Positions 39,706 through 51,965 of a DNA stretch of 64,000 nucleotides are shown here, piece by piece. The stretch covers positions 81,096,001 through 81,160,000 of the forward strand of contig NC_042999.1 of assembly GCF_006345805.1 (NCBI RefSeq), in the 5' to 3' direction. The notes below the pieces were generated by a model. It was not told the DNA's origin and did no database searches. It saw only the letters and a list, made by a program, of their open reading frames with translations. This stretch comes from Octopus sinensis (lineage: Eukaryota). A program made the position numbers and the translations under genes. Every line of letters starts with the position of its first letter. Positions within the stretch are counted from its first letter, which is position 1.

Positions 39706-41044
39706 TAGTTTTATTTTTATTTTTATAGCGTGCTTTCACTTCACTACCGAGCGCAGCTCTGTGTGCCTTGGGTATGTGCTGTGATTTGTTGTGATGCTCT
39801 GATGGTTATTGTATGGAAAGTGTTCTGCGTAGGATGTGTGCAGTGCCTAGTAGTGCAATTTTCTGTATGTTATATGTGTTTGTAAGTCCTGGTGTTTTTG
39901 TTATGTATTTGTCTGAATATTTTTTTATCATGCCTAAAGCACCTACTATGATAGGAATTGTTTCTGTTTTCAGATTCCACATTCTAGTTACCTCTATTTC
40001 CAGGTCTTTGTATTTTGAGAGTTTCTCCATTTCTTTTAGAGACACGTTGTCATCTGCCGGTACTGATACATCAATTAGAAAGCATTTTTTTTCTTCATGG
40101 TCTCTGACAACTATATCTGGTCTGTTGGCCTTAATTTCTCTATCGGTGTGTATCGGCATATCCCAGAGTATGGTTGCTTTCTCGTTTTCCGTGACCTTTT
40201 CTGGTGTGTGCCTATACCATCTTTTTTCTGTTGTTATTCCATAATGTTGGCATAGCTTCCAATGTATGTAAGTTCCAACTCTGTCATGTCTGTGAATATA
40301 TTCCTTCTTAGCCAGGACTGGGCAGCTAGAGATAATATGATTTATTGTTTCTTGTCCATCTCCACATATTATGCAGTTACTTGTAATATTTCTTTTCATT
40401 ACATGTTTTTGGTAATTTCTGGTGGGGAGGCTTTGGTCTTGTGCTGCAATTAAAAATCCCTCTGTTTCTGCTTTGAGTCCTGTGCTTCTCAACCATTGCT
40501 GGGATTTTTCTTTGTCTATTTCTTTTGCGTTTAGTTTAGTCCAGTATTTACCATGAAGGGGCTTTTCTTGCCATCGTTTTATCATGGTTCGTTGCTGTTC
40601 TATTTTTAGTTTGGATTTCATTTTTTTAATAGCTTTTGTTGTTTCTTCATCTTCTTCTTCTTCTTCTTCTTCTTCTTCATGTTTATTAGGTGGTATGATT
40701 TCTTGTTTGTATTTGTCAGCTTCCTTAAATACTGAGAACAGTTTTTTGTTTTGCTCGTGTTTTGCCGCTATCTGGATCAGTTTTCCTTCTTCTGAAGTAG
40801 ATATTTTTGCAGTCCTATGGTGGTTATTTTATAGTAGTTTTCCAGCTGTATAAGGCCTCTACCACCTTCTATACGTTGTATATATAGTCTTTCTATGTCA
40901 GATTTTGGGTGATGCATCCTAGATCCTGTCATTATTTTTCTTGTTTTCCTGTCTATTTTGGTCAGTTCATTTCGTGTCCAGTTAAGGATATTGTAGCTGT
41001 AACTTATAACTGGGACAGCTAAAGTGTTGATACCTATTATCTTG

Positions 41045-41050
<6 letters not shown>
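39702..41050 (-). mobile_element. 5'-truncated R4/Dong-type LINE with a restriction-like endonuclease
   Basis: NKIIGINTLAVPVISY...HHPKSDIERLY...GGRGL (RT thumb) followed by the ORF at 39806-40621; ~100-nt 3' UTR running into (TAA)n. Confidence 0.9.
39806..40621 (-). CDS. C-terminal CCHC zinc knuckle + RLE (PD-D/ExK-type) domain of the LINE ORF; 3' portion of a truncated, frameshifted TE ORF
   Basis: CIICGDGQETINHIISSC, RHD, RPDIVV...IDVSVP...K..KY, PIIVGALG. Confidence 0.9.
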   Translation of the reverse strand: MKSKLKIEQQRTMIKRWQEKPLHGKYWTKLNAKEIDKEKSQQWLRSTGLKAETEGFLIAAQDQSLPTRNYQKHVMKRNITSNCIICGDGQETINHIISSCPVLAKKEYIHRHDRVGTYIHWKLCQHYGITTEKRWYRHTPEKVTENEKATILWDMPIHTDREIKANRPDIVVRDHEEKKCFLIDVSVPADDNVSLKEMEKLSKYKDLEIEVTRMWNLKTETIPIIVGALGMIKKYSDKYITKTPGLTNTYNIQKIALLGTAHILRRTLSIQ

Positions 41051-41080
<30 letters not shown>

Positions 41081-41648
41081 CATTATTATTATTATTATCA
41101 GTATTATCATTATCAGTATTATTCCTGCTGCTGGTTATATTGCTACGGACTCTTTTGATATTACGCCTATTTATTCCTGCCATAAATTTTTTAAGATTTG
41201 GCAAGGTTGAAAAAGAAATTCTTAACCTACGGCAAGTGAGGGTGTGGATGTGGTGGTGGCGTGTTCTCGTGGAAGAAACCAGCTTTTCAGAAAGTTTGTA
41301 CTAATATTGATTGCCCAAGATAGATTAAACTATATTAAGTCATCACGGTGAAAGTTCTACTGGATTTGATGTTTATGGTATCTAAATATGCATGCTTCAC
41401 TGGTACAGTAATTTCTACTCCTAGTGTTGCTAATTATGTTTTGATTGCTATAGTTATGAATTGCGTTCATGTAAGTAACGTTAGTGCTGGCAAATCTATC
41501 ACTATAGTCATTTTTACTGTTATTCATTAATACGCATTTATCATTATCACAAATATCAGTTTAGGAACTACTAGAGCCTTTACCAATATTATTAAATTTA
41601 GTACATCTCATTGTCTGTATGTGCATTCGCCTCCTTCCACACCTCCTC

Positions 41649-41698
<50 letters not shown>

Positions 41699-41855
41699 TA
41701 GTATTATTATTATTATTATTATTATTGCCTTTGCATTATTATTATTATAATTGCTATTTTCTTTGTTGCATATTCAGAAGCTTAGGACTTCTTAGATATT
41801 CACAGTTATTTATAGCGTTGCATGAAATCGTTTGTCCCTGTATCTATCTATCTAT

Positions 41856-41868
41856 TGATGGATAGATT

Positions 41869-41963
<95 letters not shown>
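41856..41963. repeat. (GATA)n microsatellite
   Basis: Direct sequence. Confidence 0.96.
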
Positions 41964-42334
41964 GTCTTTGTATTTGTATATATATATATATATATATAAT
42001 ACGAGATCTCATTCGTCTGATTGAATTGGGAGGTACTTGTCATTGGATATAATTTGTCTGGTGTCGCTTGAATCAGATAAGGTGTGTTCAATTTTTACAG
42101 TGCCCTCAAATTTAAAGTCTTGAAGTACTGTGCGTCCAAAGTTAATCTAAACCGACTGAATTCGTTATTTTTTCTCTTTACCTACGTGGGTTGTTGAGTA
42201 TTGTTGTCTGGGAGATTTTTTTTATGGTAGAGAAATAGCTAGTTTTGGCTGCTATTTTTAAATTTTGGTGTATGGTGAAGCAAATTTTTTTGCTGAACGC
42301 TAATTATAATTATACTCATAATTATAAGAATTTT

Positions 42335-42340
<6 letters not shown>

Positions 42341-42398
<58 letters not shown>

Positions 42399-42403
42399 GA
42401 TAT

Positions 42404-42463
<60 letters not shown>

Positions 42464-42473
42464 ATAGATAGAG

Positions 42474-42558
<85 letters not shown>

Positions 42559-42560
42559 TA
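42341..42560. repeat. (TA)n/(GATA)n/(GA)n compound microsatellite
   Basis: Direct sequence. Confidence 0.96.
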
Positions 42561-42739
42561 CATGTATATGGATGTGGGTCCGACTCCCACGCGGATAGGA
42601 AAGCCCTCTTTTTTTCTATTGAGGGTTTATATGCCCCTTTATTAGACTACTTTCCTCAGCCATTGCACAGTGATCGCCATAAGCTTTCAGCTTATATAAA
42701 AACACCTTTATTATTATTTACAGGATTGTAAACTCGGCA

Positions 42740-42913
42740 TCGTATAAAAAACCATTCACACCGAAATCGCCTTGTTTTTTCTGTGTAACTTTCTTTCGAA
42801 GAGCGTAGGCTCGAAACGTAAAAGACTTTTTCTATTCCTGAGCGCTATACTAATACGTTTGTTTGTTTGTACTCCACCTGCCTTCGTCTTTTGTTTATTT
42901 TCGTAAACTTTCC

Positions 42914-42918
<5 letters not shown>
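42740..42918 (+). mobile_element. Solo PLE pLTR 3' end with a hammerhead-like motif, followed by (TA)n
   Basis: GAAGAGCGTAGGCTCGAAACGTAAAAGAC...TTCCTGAGCGCTATACTAATAC...GCCTTCGTCTTTTGTTTATTTTC is homologous to 8575-8705. Confidence 0.85.
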
Positions 42919-42974
<56 letters not shown>

Positions 42975-43104
42975 TGTGTGTGTGTGTGTGTGTGTGGTGT
43001 GTGTGTGTGTGTGTGTATGTGTGTGTGTGTGTTTGTGTGTGTGTTTGTATGTATGAGTGCGTGTGTGTGTACGTGCGATTCTTTCATCTTTTATTTGTTT
43101 CAAC

Positions 43105-43290
43105 TATTTGATTACGGGCATGTTGGGATGCCACCTTGAAAAAATGTCGGTCGAATGAATCAACACCGGTACTTATTTTCAATTCTATCAATACGTTTTG
43201 TCGATCCACTATGATACGGAATCGTAAACACACCAACGCCGGTTATCAAGCGAAATTGGAGGACAAACACAACTCAAGGATGCGCCCACA
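43105..43290 (-). mobile_element. SINE family S3 tail
   Basis: The reverse complement TGTGTTTGTCCTCC...CGCTTGATAACCGGCGTTGGTGTGTTTACG matches the tail at 62480-62610. Confidence 0.7.
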
Positions 43291-43379
43291 CTCACATACA
43301 CCATCTCTCTCTCTCTCTTTATACATATATATATATATGTTCTTGTCCCAGTTTGTGTTTTCTTAACGTTTACCTATAT

Positions 43380-43429
<50 letters not shown>

Positions 43430-43430
43430 G

Positions 43431-44366
43431 TTAAGGTATGTAGAAAAATACAACATGGACAAGAACGTATAACTCTTAGAAGACGATACAATAAACACGG
43501 ACAGGACATTCGAAACCCTCAGTCTTCAGTCAAGAACCGGATCATCGTAGTAATTTCGGCTGATTAATCTTGAGATTACTAGATCACGGCCAGCCCTCCA
43601 AGAAAAACTAAGCAACTAGCATTAGAAAAACTAAGCTGGGAGCGTAGATTTCCTGGAAGAAGGATCGAATGCATACGGACACCAGGACAGCAAAAGGGAC
43701 GAATATAAAAAAACAAAAAAATAATGGAATACAGAAACATGAAATACAGAAGCATTAACGGTGAAAACAACAACAAGTGTCTTACGACTGATAACAAGCA
43801 AACAAATTTTTTCTCTGGCGCAACGAAAGGAGCCTTATCGGCGATGCCTATAGCGGCGGACGAAAAACAACGATGTTAACACGACGCTGGTCAGAAGCTG
43901 AAAGGCAGATTTCGGCCAGCAGTCACGTGACAGAGAAGAGAGAAAAGAAAAGAAAGAGAAGCAACGGAAGAGAGAGAGAGAGGAGAGAGAGAGAGGAGGG
44001 ACAAACGCGACAAAGAGCGAGAAGAGAGAGAAAGAAGGAATCAGAGAGGAGAAGGGATGGGTGTCGAAGAGCGACCTGTGAGTGCAGAGCGAGACAAAGA
44101 AATAGGAGGGTAGTGGAAGATTAGACCAAAGAATCAGAGGAAAGAGAAGAGAAAAAGAGGATGAGTAGAGAGAGAAGGGGACAGATCAAGTAAAAGTGAG
44201 AGAGAGAGAGAGACAAACAAAGAGTCGTACCAGTTATTAAGAATATGTGCTCACATTAATGTTAAGAGGGCACGTGGCGCCTGGAATATATGTTAAGGTA
44301 TGTAGAAAAATACGACATGGACAAGAACGTATAACTCTTAGAAGACGATACAATAAACACGGACTA
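43431..44366 (-). mobile_element. PLE-like pLTR remnant with a ~75-bp terminal direct repeat, (TA)n on both sides
   Basis: TTAAGGTATGTAGAAAAATAC...ATAAACACGGAC occurs at 43431 and ~44293. The GA-rich core and CTGGCCGAAATC (minus strand) are also seen in the pLTR near 4007. Confidence 0.6.
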
Positions 44367-44385
44367 TATATATATATATATATAT

Positions 44386-44457
<72 letters not shown>

Positions 44458-44459
44458 AT

Positions 44460-44570
44460 ACGCACAACTCTCTTCTATAGTAGTATACACCTGCCCACGG
44501 AGACACGCAGCGGGACTGATCAGAACCATGTGGTTGGGAATCAAGCTTTTTACCACACAACCATATATGC
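44460..44570 (-). mobile_element. SINE family S3 tRNA-like head
   Basis: The reverse complement ATGGTTGTGTGGTAAAAAGCTTGATTCCCAACCACATGGTTC...CAGTCCCGCTGCGTG matches the head at 54125. Confidence 0.75.
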
Positions 44571-47500
44571 AAGTCTTTTCATAGTACATGTCTCATACCA
44601 TTTTCCTTAACTTTCTGCGACTTAATAAAGTTCTTCTTTAAGTGAAAACGAATAAGCAGCGCATGCGCATACACGAAATTAATGCTAATTTATGGTTTGT
44701 CACATAAGTGCATCCTCTCCTCGGGTTTCAGCCGCTGACACTTGTTAACTGCCCTTTATACGCGTCGAGAGAACAGTGTCCAATCATATGTCCATATTTG
44801 TGCCTATATATCTACTTACATGTATGTTTGTGTATCTGGTTATATATAAATTCACGTAGTACCTAGTAATAAACTATAATCTGTATGGCTGGGTTTTCTG
44901 CGATAAACCCGGCTGATTCACTTGAAACGGTCAGTGAGATGACTTTCATGAAACCTAACAGCAATAGAATATTTTTTTTCAAATGAGTGGAAAACCAACA
45001 TTCGTATCAGAGTCTAATTAGCATCCACAATTGGGACATGGAATTATCCGATATTGTGAACAAGTGCGTTATGAAAGAGTGATGGATAAAGTCAGAAATT
45101 GCAATACTCATTCAGTTTGGTACAATTATTATTAATATTGATTTTCTAAATATGCTGCAGCTGTATCCCGATCTGGGTTTTACGGTAGGCAGGTACTCTT
45201 CTAGTAGGAACTCAAGGAAATTTTACGTGGGAATATTTTCGGTCAATATTACCTCATATTATTGGCTATGCTACTTTAGCCTGGTTTTTGTGATATGTGT
45301 AGAGTCAAAGCTTTGTGTGGCGTTACATAATGCACAATTCTGCTCTTAATGCAAGCAAAGCTGAGGCTAGTTGTTAGAAGAAAGTATGCAACAAATAAGA
45401 CTATTTTTGTAAATCATTTAAACGCTGGCAAATTCGACACACTGCAATATCTGTGTCTTTTTGTGGAACTTGTAAATGACTCACCTGATATTTCATTATC
45501 TTATGTTGACCAAAATGTTCATGTGAGTAATGCAAATATTTTTGATAAAAATTATTCAGAAATATCTGAGCTTCTAGATATTTAGCATAAATTACTACAG
45601 AAATTATTCAATGCTAATTTACTGAGAACGGAATATTTGAAGGGATTATTGAAGCCACACAAATCGAGAACTGAGGCCAAGGAAGAACGGGAGGTATTTC
45701 AGATTATCCTCAATAATATTGCTGGGCTTTACTAAAATCTCAAAAGAGTGCAAAATAATGCACAAATTGTTCGAAGATATATTTGGTCCTATCCAATGAA
45801 CGACTGCTCCTCTTTGTTTGAGACATAATTCCATTATAATTACTTTAAGACATGTAATCTGGTGAGATGGAAGACCATTTTACAAATATTTTTCACATTT
45901 TCATTCTCAATACACGAAAAACATATCGAAGACATAACATGGCAACTTGTTATTCAAGAATCGATAGTGTTCTTAATAGATAGACTGTCAAAAATTTTTA
46001 TCAGACTAAAAGATAGGTAAAGCAACATCTTAGAGCTGATTATATGCCAGGTAGTGTTACTAAGAATGATAGGGATGTAGTGTTTGTAGTCGCTCCTTGT
46101 TTTGGTAAAAGACACTTATTAATTATACACCCATGCGTTCGGCCTGGTTAATTCACATCAATTGTGAATTACATGTGAATGCAAATGTAAATGTTCAGCT
46201 ATAAAATACTACCATGTGGCTCTGTCAAGAACATTTCCATATCAGCACCGTCTATATTCCGTTACAGCGCACAAAATACAGATATACTCATATATATAAT
46301 CAAGTAGAAATAATTTTATTGGAACAGAAAAGTTTTTATGCATTTTTTTAAGCATAACTATGGCGTGTGTTTACTTTACTTTGGGTGACGGTGAAAAGCG
46401 TATCACAAGTTAGGTGTGCAAGAATTTTGCAGTTGAAAAATTAACTTGCAGTTTTAAAGAAATTAGATACTAAAAGCAAAATTAAACACATTTTTTAGCA
46501 CGTTTCTAAACATTCAAATAGATGCACTAATATTAAACTGCGTTTTTACTTCTACTGATTCAAATTTTAGAAATCTAATAATACAGTTTACCATTCCTCC
46601 GTAAATTATACTGTCATTATCTTATAAAGATTTAGTACAAGGAAATAAATCTAAGGTTTGTTCTATGCTATTATACTCTCGTCTAATATTTACTGAGAGA
46701 TTATCTACCTAGTAACAGTAATAGACTCAATGTTACAAGGTCGAACTTACAATGCCGACATAATAGTAGGAAATTAAATTTCCTAACGTTCTATTTCGGG
46801 CGATTCGCAGGTTTCATAATAAATATTCATATGCTCTCCAATGATGACCACATCCCTGAACCATCAACCTATTTTCAGTTTTCTCAATATCTACGTCGCT
46901 AAAACTAAAATGAATGACAAACACAAAGTACATCAACATAGCAAAAAGCACAACATTTAGGAGAATCAATAATGCACCAAGTTGTCATCTAAAAAAAAAA
47001 AATAGGACTTTATATTATGCTTGCTATGATGTTTTAAATTCAATATGTCAATTTTTATATACTATCTTAAGATATAGTACATAAACGGAAAATTTTTATA
47101 TTCAATGAAACAAAGGCCTTTATAAAAATGTCAATCAAACTTCTTATCTTTTACACCACAAACATTTTCTTTGCTGTTTTATCAGAAATCCATTGTTTCT
47201 GATTCAATCACAAAACTACATCTTAATACTCTTGCTCCCATACGCGTGCAATTGTTTACTTTATGTCTTCCTAAATCAATTTTACATGTGTCTACATATT
47301 CAATATACACAGGCCGACGCAGACGCATACGGATACATACACAATGTGTATGCGAGTGTGTATGTGCTTCATTCCTTAGATACAAGGTACAATGACACAA
47401 ACGGGACTCTATTTCCGTTCTCAGTTTTTCAAAGTAATGACAAAATGAGTTAAAGGGATATCATGTATATCATTCATAGCAGGATACACAACGAATACAA

Positions 47501-48571
47501 AAGGAGTTATAGCGTTTATCATTGTGAAATAATGATATAAAATTCATTGGTACGATTAATTTTGTATGCCAAAGTAATAAAAGACCGCAACCACACAAAG
47601 ACCACAATAGAATGATTCTTAAATATTATTAGAGAATATTCCTGAATAGCTTTGAGAAAATAACTCATTCCTGTTTGTTTATAAGCCGATTTACATTGAT
47701 CTACGAGGAAAAGGTTTTGCATTCATTAAAACATTCGTTTTAAACGAAGTTTCGTGAAATGGATGTTTTGAGTCTGGCGTTAATTTAAAGTTAATCATAG
47801 CAAGTGAGTAAAAAGAAATGATATGAAATATGTATTTATATTTAAGACAAAGTTAGACAGAAAATAATGGAAGAATACGAAGTCCAAGAAAAAACCTCCC
47901 AGAAATCAAATATTTTCGGAAAAATTATTAGTCTCAGTGGGTTTAAAAATGTAAAGTTACAAATAATTAGAGTAAAATACCAAAATATAAAGGACTTGAT
48001 CTTTCGGTTGCAGTTCGGAGCGACTCTCTTTCGAGTAATTATTGCTGAAGAGGAAATAACTATTCTGAAATGCATGCATACCTCAATCTGGGTACCAGGC
48101 GCCTTGAACTGACTGCATGTTTTTACACCTGCTCGTCTGCAGCGAGAAAGTTTGACAAAATACAGTGAATGGCTCGCATATTTCTCAAGGATATTTGAAC
48201 TGGTTTATATTTGTACACATGAATGCTTAGTTCTTGTAATTTGTATTATAGTCATAGGAACAGTAGCAGGTCGATAAAGAATGAAGAAACAATGTTTGTC
48301 TTTAAATTGACATTGAAAAGTTGGAATTCAGGGTGTAATGAAATGAATGTATCCATTAATTTGGCAGAGAAATTTTGGTAAGAATTGATTTGAATATGAA
48401 TTATAATACCAAATTGTGTCGGTCGGGGTAAAATCTTAGAAGCGTTAGCCAAAAATTCTACTTAATTACAAAAGATATAAATATTCAACAACAATAGCAC
48501 AGAGCGCCGCGACAACACCAACAGCACATGCGATAACAACAGTAACGGTCAGAGGAAATAAACAATTCACC

Positions 48572-48695
48572 GGTCTTTCATCCTTTCGGGGTCGATTAAA
48601 TAAGTACCAGTTACGCACTGGGGTCGATATAATCGACTTAATCCGTTTGTCCCCTCTGTGTGCATCTCCTTGTGGGCAGTAAAGAAATAGGTATT
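48572..48695 (+). mobile_element. 5'-truncated SINE S1
   Basis: TTTCATCCTTTCGGGGTCGATTAAATAAGTACCAGTTACGCACTGGGGTCGA...AAAGAAATAGGTATTT. Confidence 0.85.
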
Positions 48696-48804
48696 TGACC
48701 TCTAATTCCACGAACCGTTTTTATGAGCTCTTTTACAAATTTCCTTCTCTAATTTGCATCACACTTATACCAGTTAGTACTACTGTCGCTGTTACTGCTA
48801 CTGC

Positions 48805-48808
48805 CACC

Positions 48809-48870
<62 letters not shown>

Positions 48871-48940
48871 CACTACTACTACTATACTACTACTACTACT
48901 ACTACTACTAATACTACTACTACTACTACTATTACTACTA
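48805..48940. repeat. (ACT)n/(ACC)n microsatellite
   Basis: Direct sequence. Confidence 0.95.
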
Positions 48941-49284
48941 TTTATCTCCCCTACACACAATCTTTTTACTCAGGGACTAGTAAACTCGATACCGTTTGGA
49001 AATTGGTGGTCATTCAAAGTGTAACGATACCGGTATGACTTTGAATCTCTTTAACAATTCAAAATAATGACTTTTATTCCTTTTAATCCTACCTCAGTTC
49101 ATCTAATTGTATATATCTTTTGTTTCTTTTTATTAAAAAAAAACCTTTATTTTTTTTTATATCCAGTGTGCATTTTCACTTTATTCTTACTTTCCCCATA
49201 TGTTTTCCACGTGTAGTTTGTATTTTCTTTTTGAAACATATTTCTAACACACACACACACACACACATACACACACACACACAA

Positions 49285-49365
<81 letters not shown>

Positions 49366-50340
49366 TTACATTATATAAAAGGGCTTAGTAAAATAAATTA
49401 CTTTGCCGCATACTGAACTCATTAGAAATAGCAGCTAAAAAAACTTTTTTAAAACTATTTCTAATACTTAAAGACTAATCTTGAAACGTACGTTCTCAAA
49501 TAACCTTTGCATTTGATTTTTTAATGTCTCTACCCCCATACTTTCGTGAGTTGAATTGAGCAAACACTATATGAGAGAGGTTTTCTTTAAGTATTAGAAA
49601 TAGTTTAAAAAAAGTTTTTTTAGCTGCTATTTCTAATGAGTTCAGTATGCGGCAAAGTAATTTATTTTACTAAGCCCTTTTATATAATGTAATAATTTGA
49701 ATTCGCCTTAATTGGTCCCTTTGCATACTGAATACTTGGTGAAATTGATTCATTAATTAATTTTACCCTCAATTGTTGAAATTATAATTCATCTCTCTCT
49801 ATATAATGCCTCGGATTTTACCGAAAAAAGCATAGTGTTTACTGATTTTAACCCACGCTGGTGGAAAGGGGAGAGCAGAAATTCTTCGCTTGCATTTTTG
49901 AGTTTGCTGGCACTGTTAGTTTCGAGCAGATCTTCAGAAGCGATAAGAAGCCGGAAAGGTATGCTCCCGCTTTCAGTGTTTTCAAATCCAAACCAGGGAG
50001 TTCTGAGCTGATGATAGAAGTGTCGAGTTTGACTAATCTTGAAACGTACGTTCTCAAATAACCTTTGCATTTGATTTTTTAATGTCTCTACCCCCATACT
50101 TTCGTGAGTTGAATTGAGCAAACACTATATGAGAGAGGTTTTCTTTAAGTATTAGAAATAGTTTTAAAAAAGTTTTTTTAGCTGCTATTTCTAATGAGTT
50201 CAGTATGCGGCAAAGTAATTTATTTTACTAAGCCCTTTTATATAATGTAATAATTTGAATTCGCCTTAATTGGTCCCTTTGCATACTGAATACTTGGTGA
50301 AATTGATTAATTAATTAATTTTACCCTCAATTGTTGAAAT
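49366..50340. repeat. Composite repeat: 109-bp inverted pair (49366-49474/49584-49692) plus a 310-bp direct repeat (49473-49782/50031-50340)
   Basis: Manual alignment; flanked by (TA)n on both sides. Confidence 0.92.
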
Positions 50341-50345
50341 ATATA

Positions 50346-50396
<51 letters not shown>

Positions 50397-50407
50397 ATAT
50401 ATATATA

Positions 50408-51965
50408 AAGGACGCTTTTTTAGCAGAGCTGGTGATTAAAAAATCGCCCTTAGTCATGTTTCAACATAGAAAGCATATCGGGTAACCCCTTCTTGGTGAC
50501 AAAACTAAAAATCCACGCAGAAATGACCTCATTTTTTTTTCTGACTTGAATCAGAGACAATCTAGGGGACACAACTCTACCGACCTAACTTCTCTTATAC
50601 CACAAAATAAACATTAAAACAACAAATAAGAATACCGCTCGTAATAGAAAATCCGGACGTAATTTTCAAGGCCCTCTACATACAAGTCAAATGATCCATC
50701 GAAACCTCCAGATTGACCTAAACTTCCGGGAACCACGACCTACCAATCTACCTCCATCATCTCACAGACAATGGAAAAATTTGTCTCCGAGACATAACCC
50801 TTAACATGGATACTTTAAACATTCAACTAGATACAACCTAATTAGACAACATAATTTCTCCCTCCACCTACATTATAAAATTAGAAATAAATTTGACCCA
50901 AACCACGTCAACCACAGAAAATATAACAACCCTCAGTACAACCATAATCTAGTCCACTACACAGTCACTCCACCACAAACATACTACCACAGACACACTT
51001 TACACCCATTCTCTCCTCAGCAAACCAAATACAATACAGACATCCCATAACAATCCACCTACTACAATCATTTTTTTTTCCTGAATCAGAGAAACAGAGA
51101 TGTGAAATGGAATAAAATGTACAAGAACAACCTAAAGTAACCAACTTATCAAAGAAAATCTTAAGTATTACACAAACTAAAACTCTAGCAAGAGTTTTAA
51201 AGTTTACACCAACCTTTCGCAGATCGAACCCGAATGAAATTAATGGTAACACAATGGATTTTCGCCAAAAATTGCGCCTCACAGAAGCACTTCACAGCTA
51301 CACCAGCGAAGATGGCTCTATAGTAAAAACAAAAGCGAATACTGTCCTGCAAAAGGCAGAAATAAAGCACTTGATGATTTTTGTGAACAAATTACCATTC
51401 TTCCCTTCAATATCCTACAGAAACAACGAATTAAATCCAATCTTAACACAAATGAATGGAAAAACCTAATCGACTTAAAAATGATATAAGCATGACCATT
51501 AAAGAAGACGATAAAGAAAGTGCGGTAGTGGTAATGGACACAGAGTACTATAAAAATTTAATACTCACCATGTTGGAAGAGAATACAATACAACCTACAG
51601 AAGACACTTAAAAACTTATTCTCCTTACTTCAAATATATGGAAAGGGCCTCGCTAAAAATGAAATTGACTATCCAATTTTAGATACAGACCAAGTCTATT
51701 CTATGGATTATCTAAATACACAAAAATCCACATATTTGTAAAGCTTGCAAAGATTGTCCAAGCATATGCATTAATATTCCTCCCCCTACTGACCTCAAAC
51801 TGAGACACATCATTGCTGGCCCTGCTTGTGAATCCTACCGTATGTGCAATTTCCTCGACATCATACTCAAACCACTTCTAAAATATGTGAAATGCTTCAC
51901 CAGGGATGACTTAGACATGCTTAACCACCTACCAAAGACAATAAATGATGGGACCCTGTTAGTAC
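50408..51965 (+). pseudogene. PLE 5' ORF fragment (N-terminus to the start of RT), related to the 36.3-kb family
   Basis: LARVLKFTPT...FRQKLRL, IKE.DK.SAVVVMDTEYY, P..LKLR.IIAGPACESYR.CNFLDIILKP...RDDLDMLNHLP; starts directly after (TA)n. Confidence 0.75.

Noticed and set aside
45010-45900. Stop-interrupted protein-like frames (e.g. ...YCWALLKS) suggesting a decayed DNA transposase
   Set aside because: The similarity is limited to a few residues.
50004-50052. CTGATGA...GAAACGTA hammerhead-like spacing at the D/B junction
   Set aside because: Stem I does not pair and stem II closes on a U-U mismatch; likely chance.
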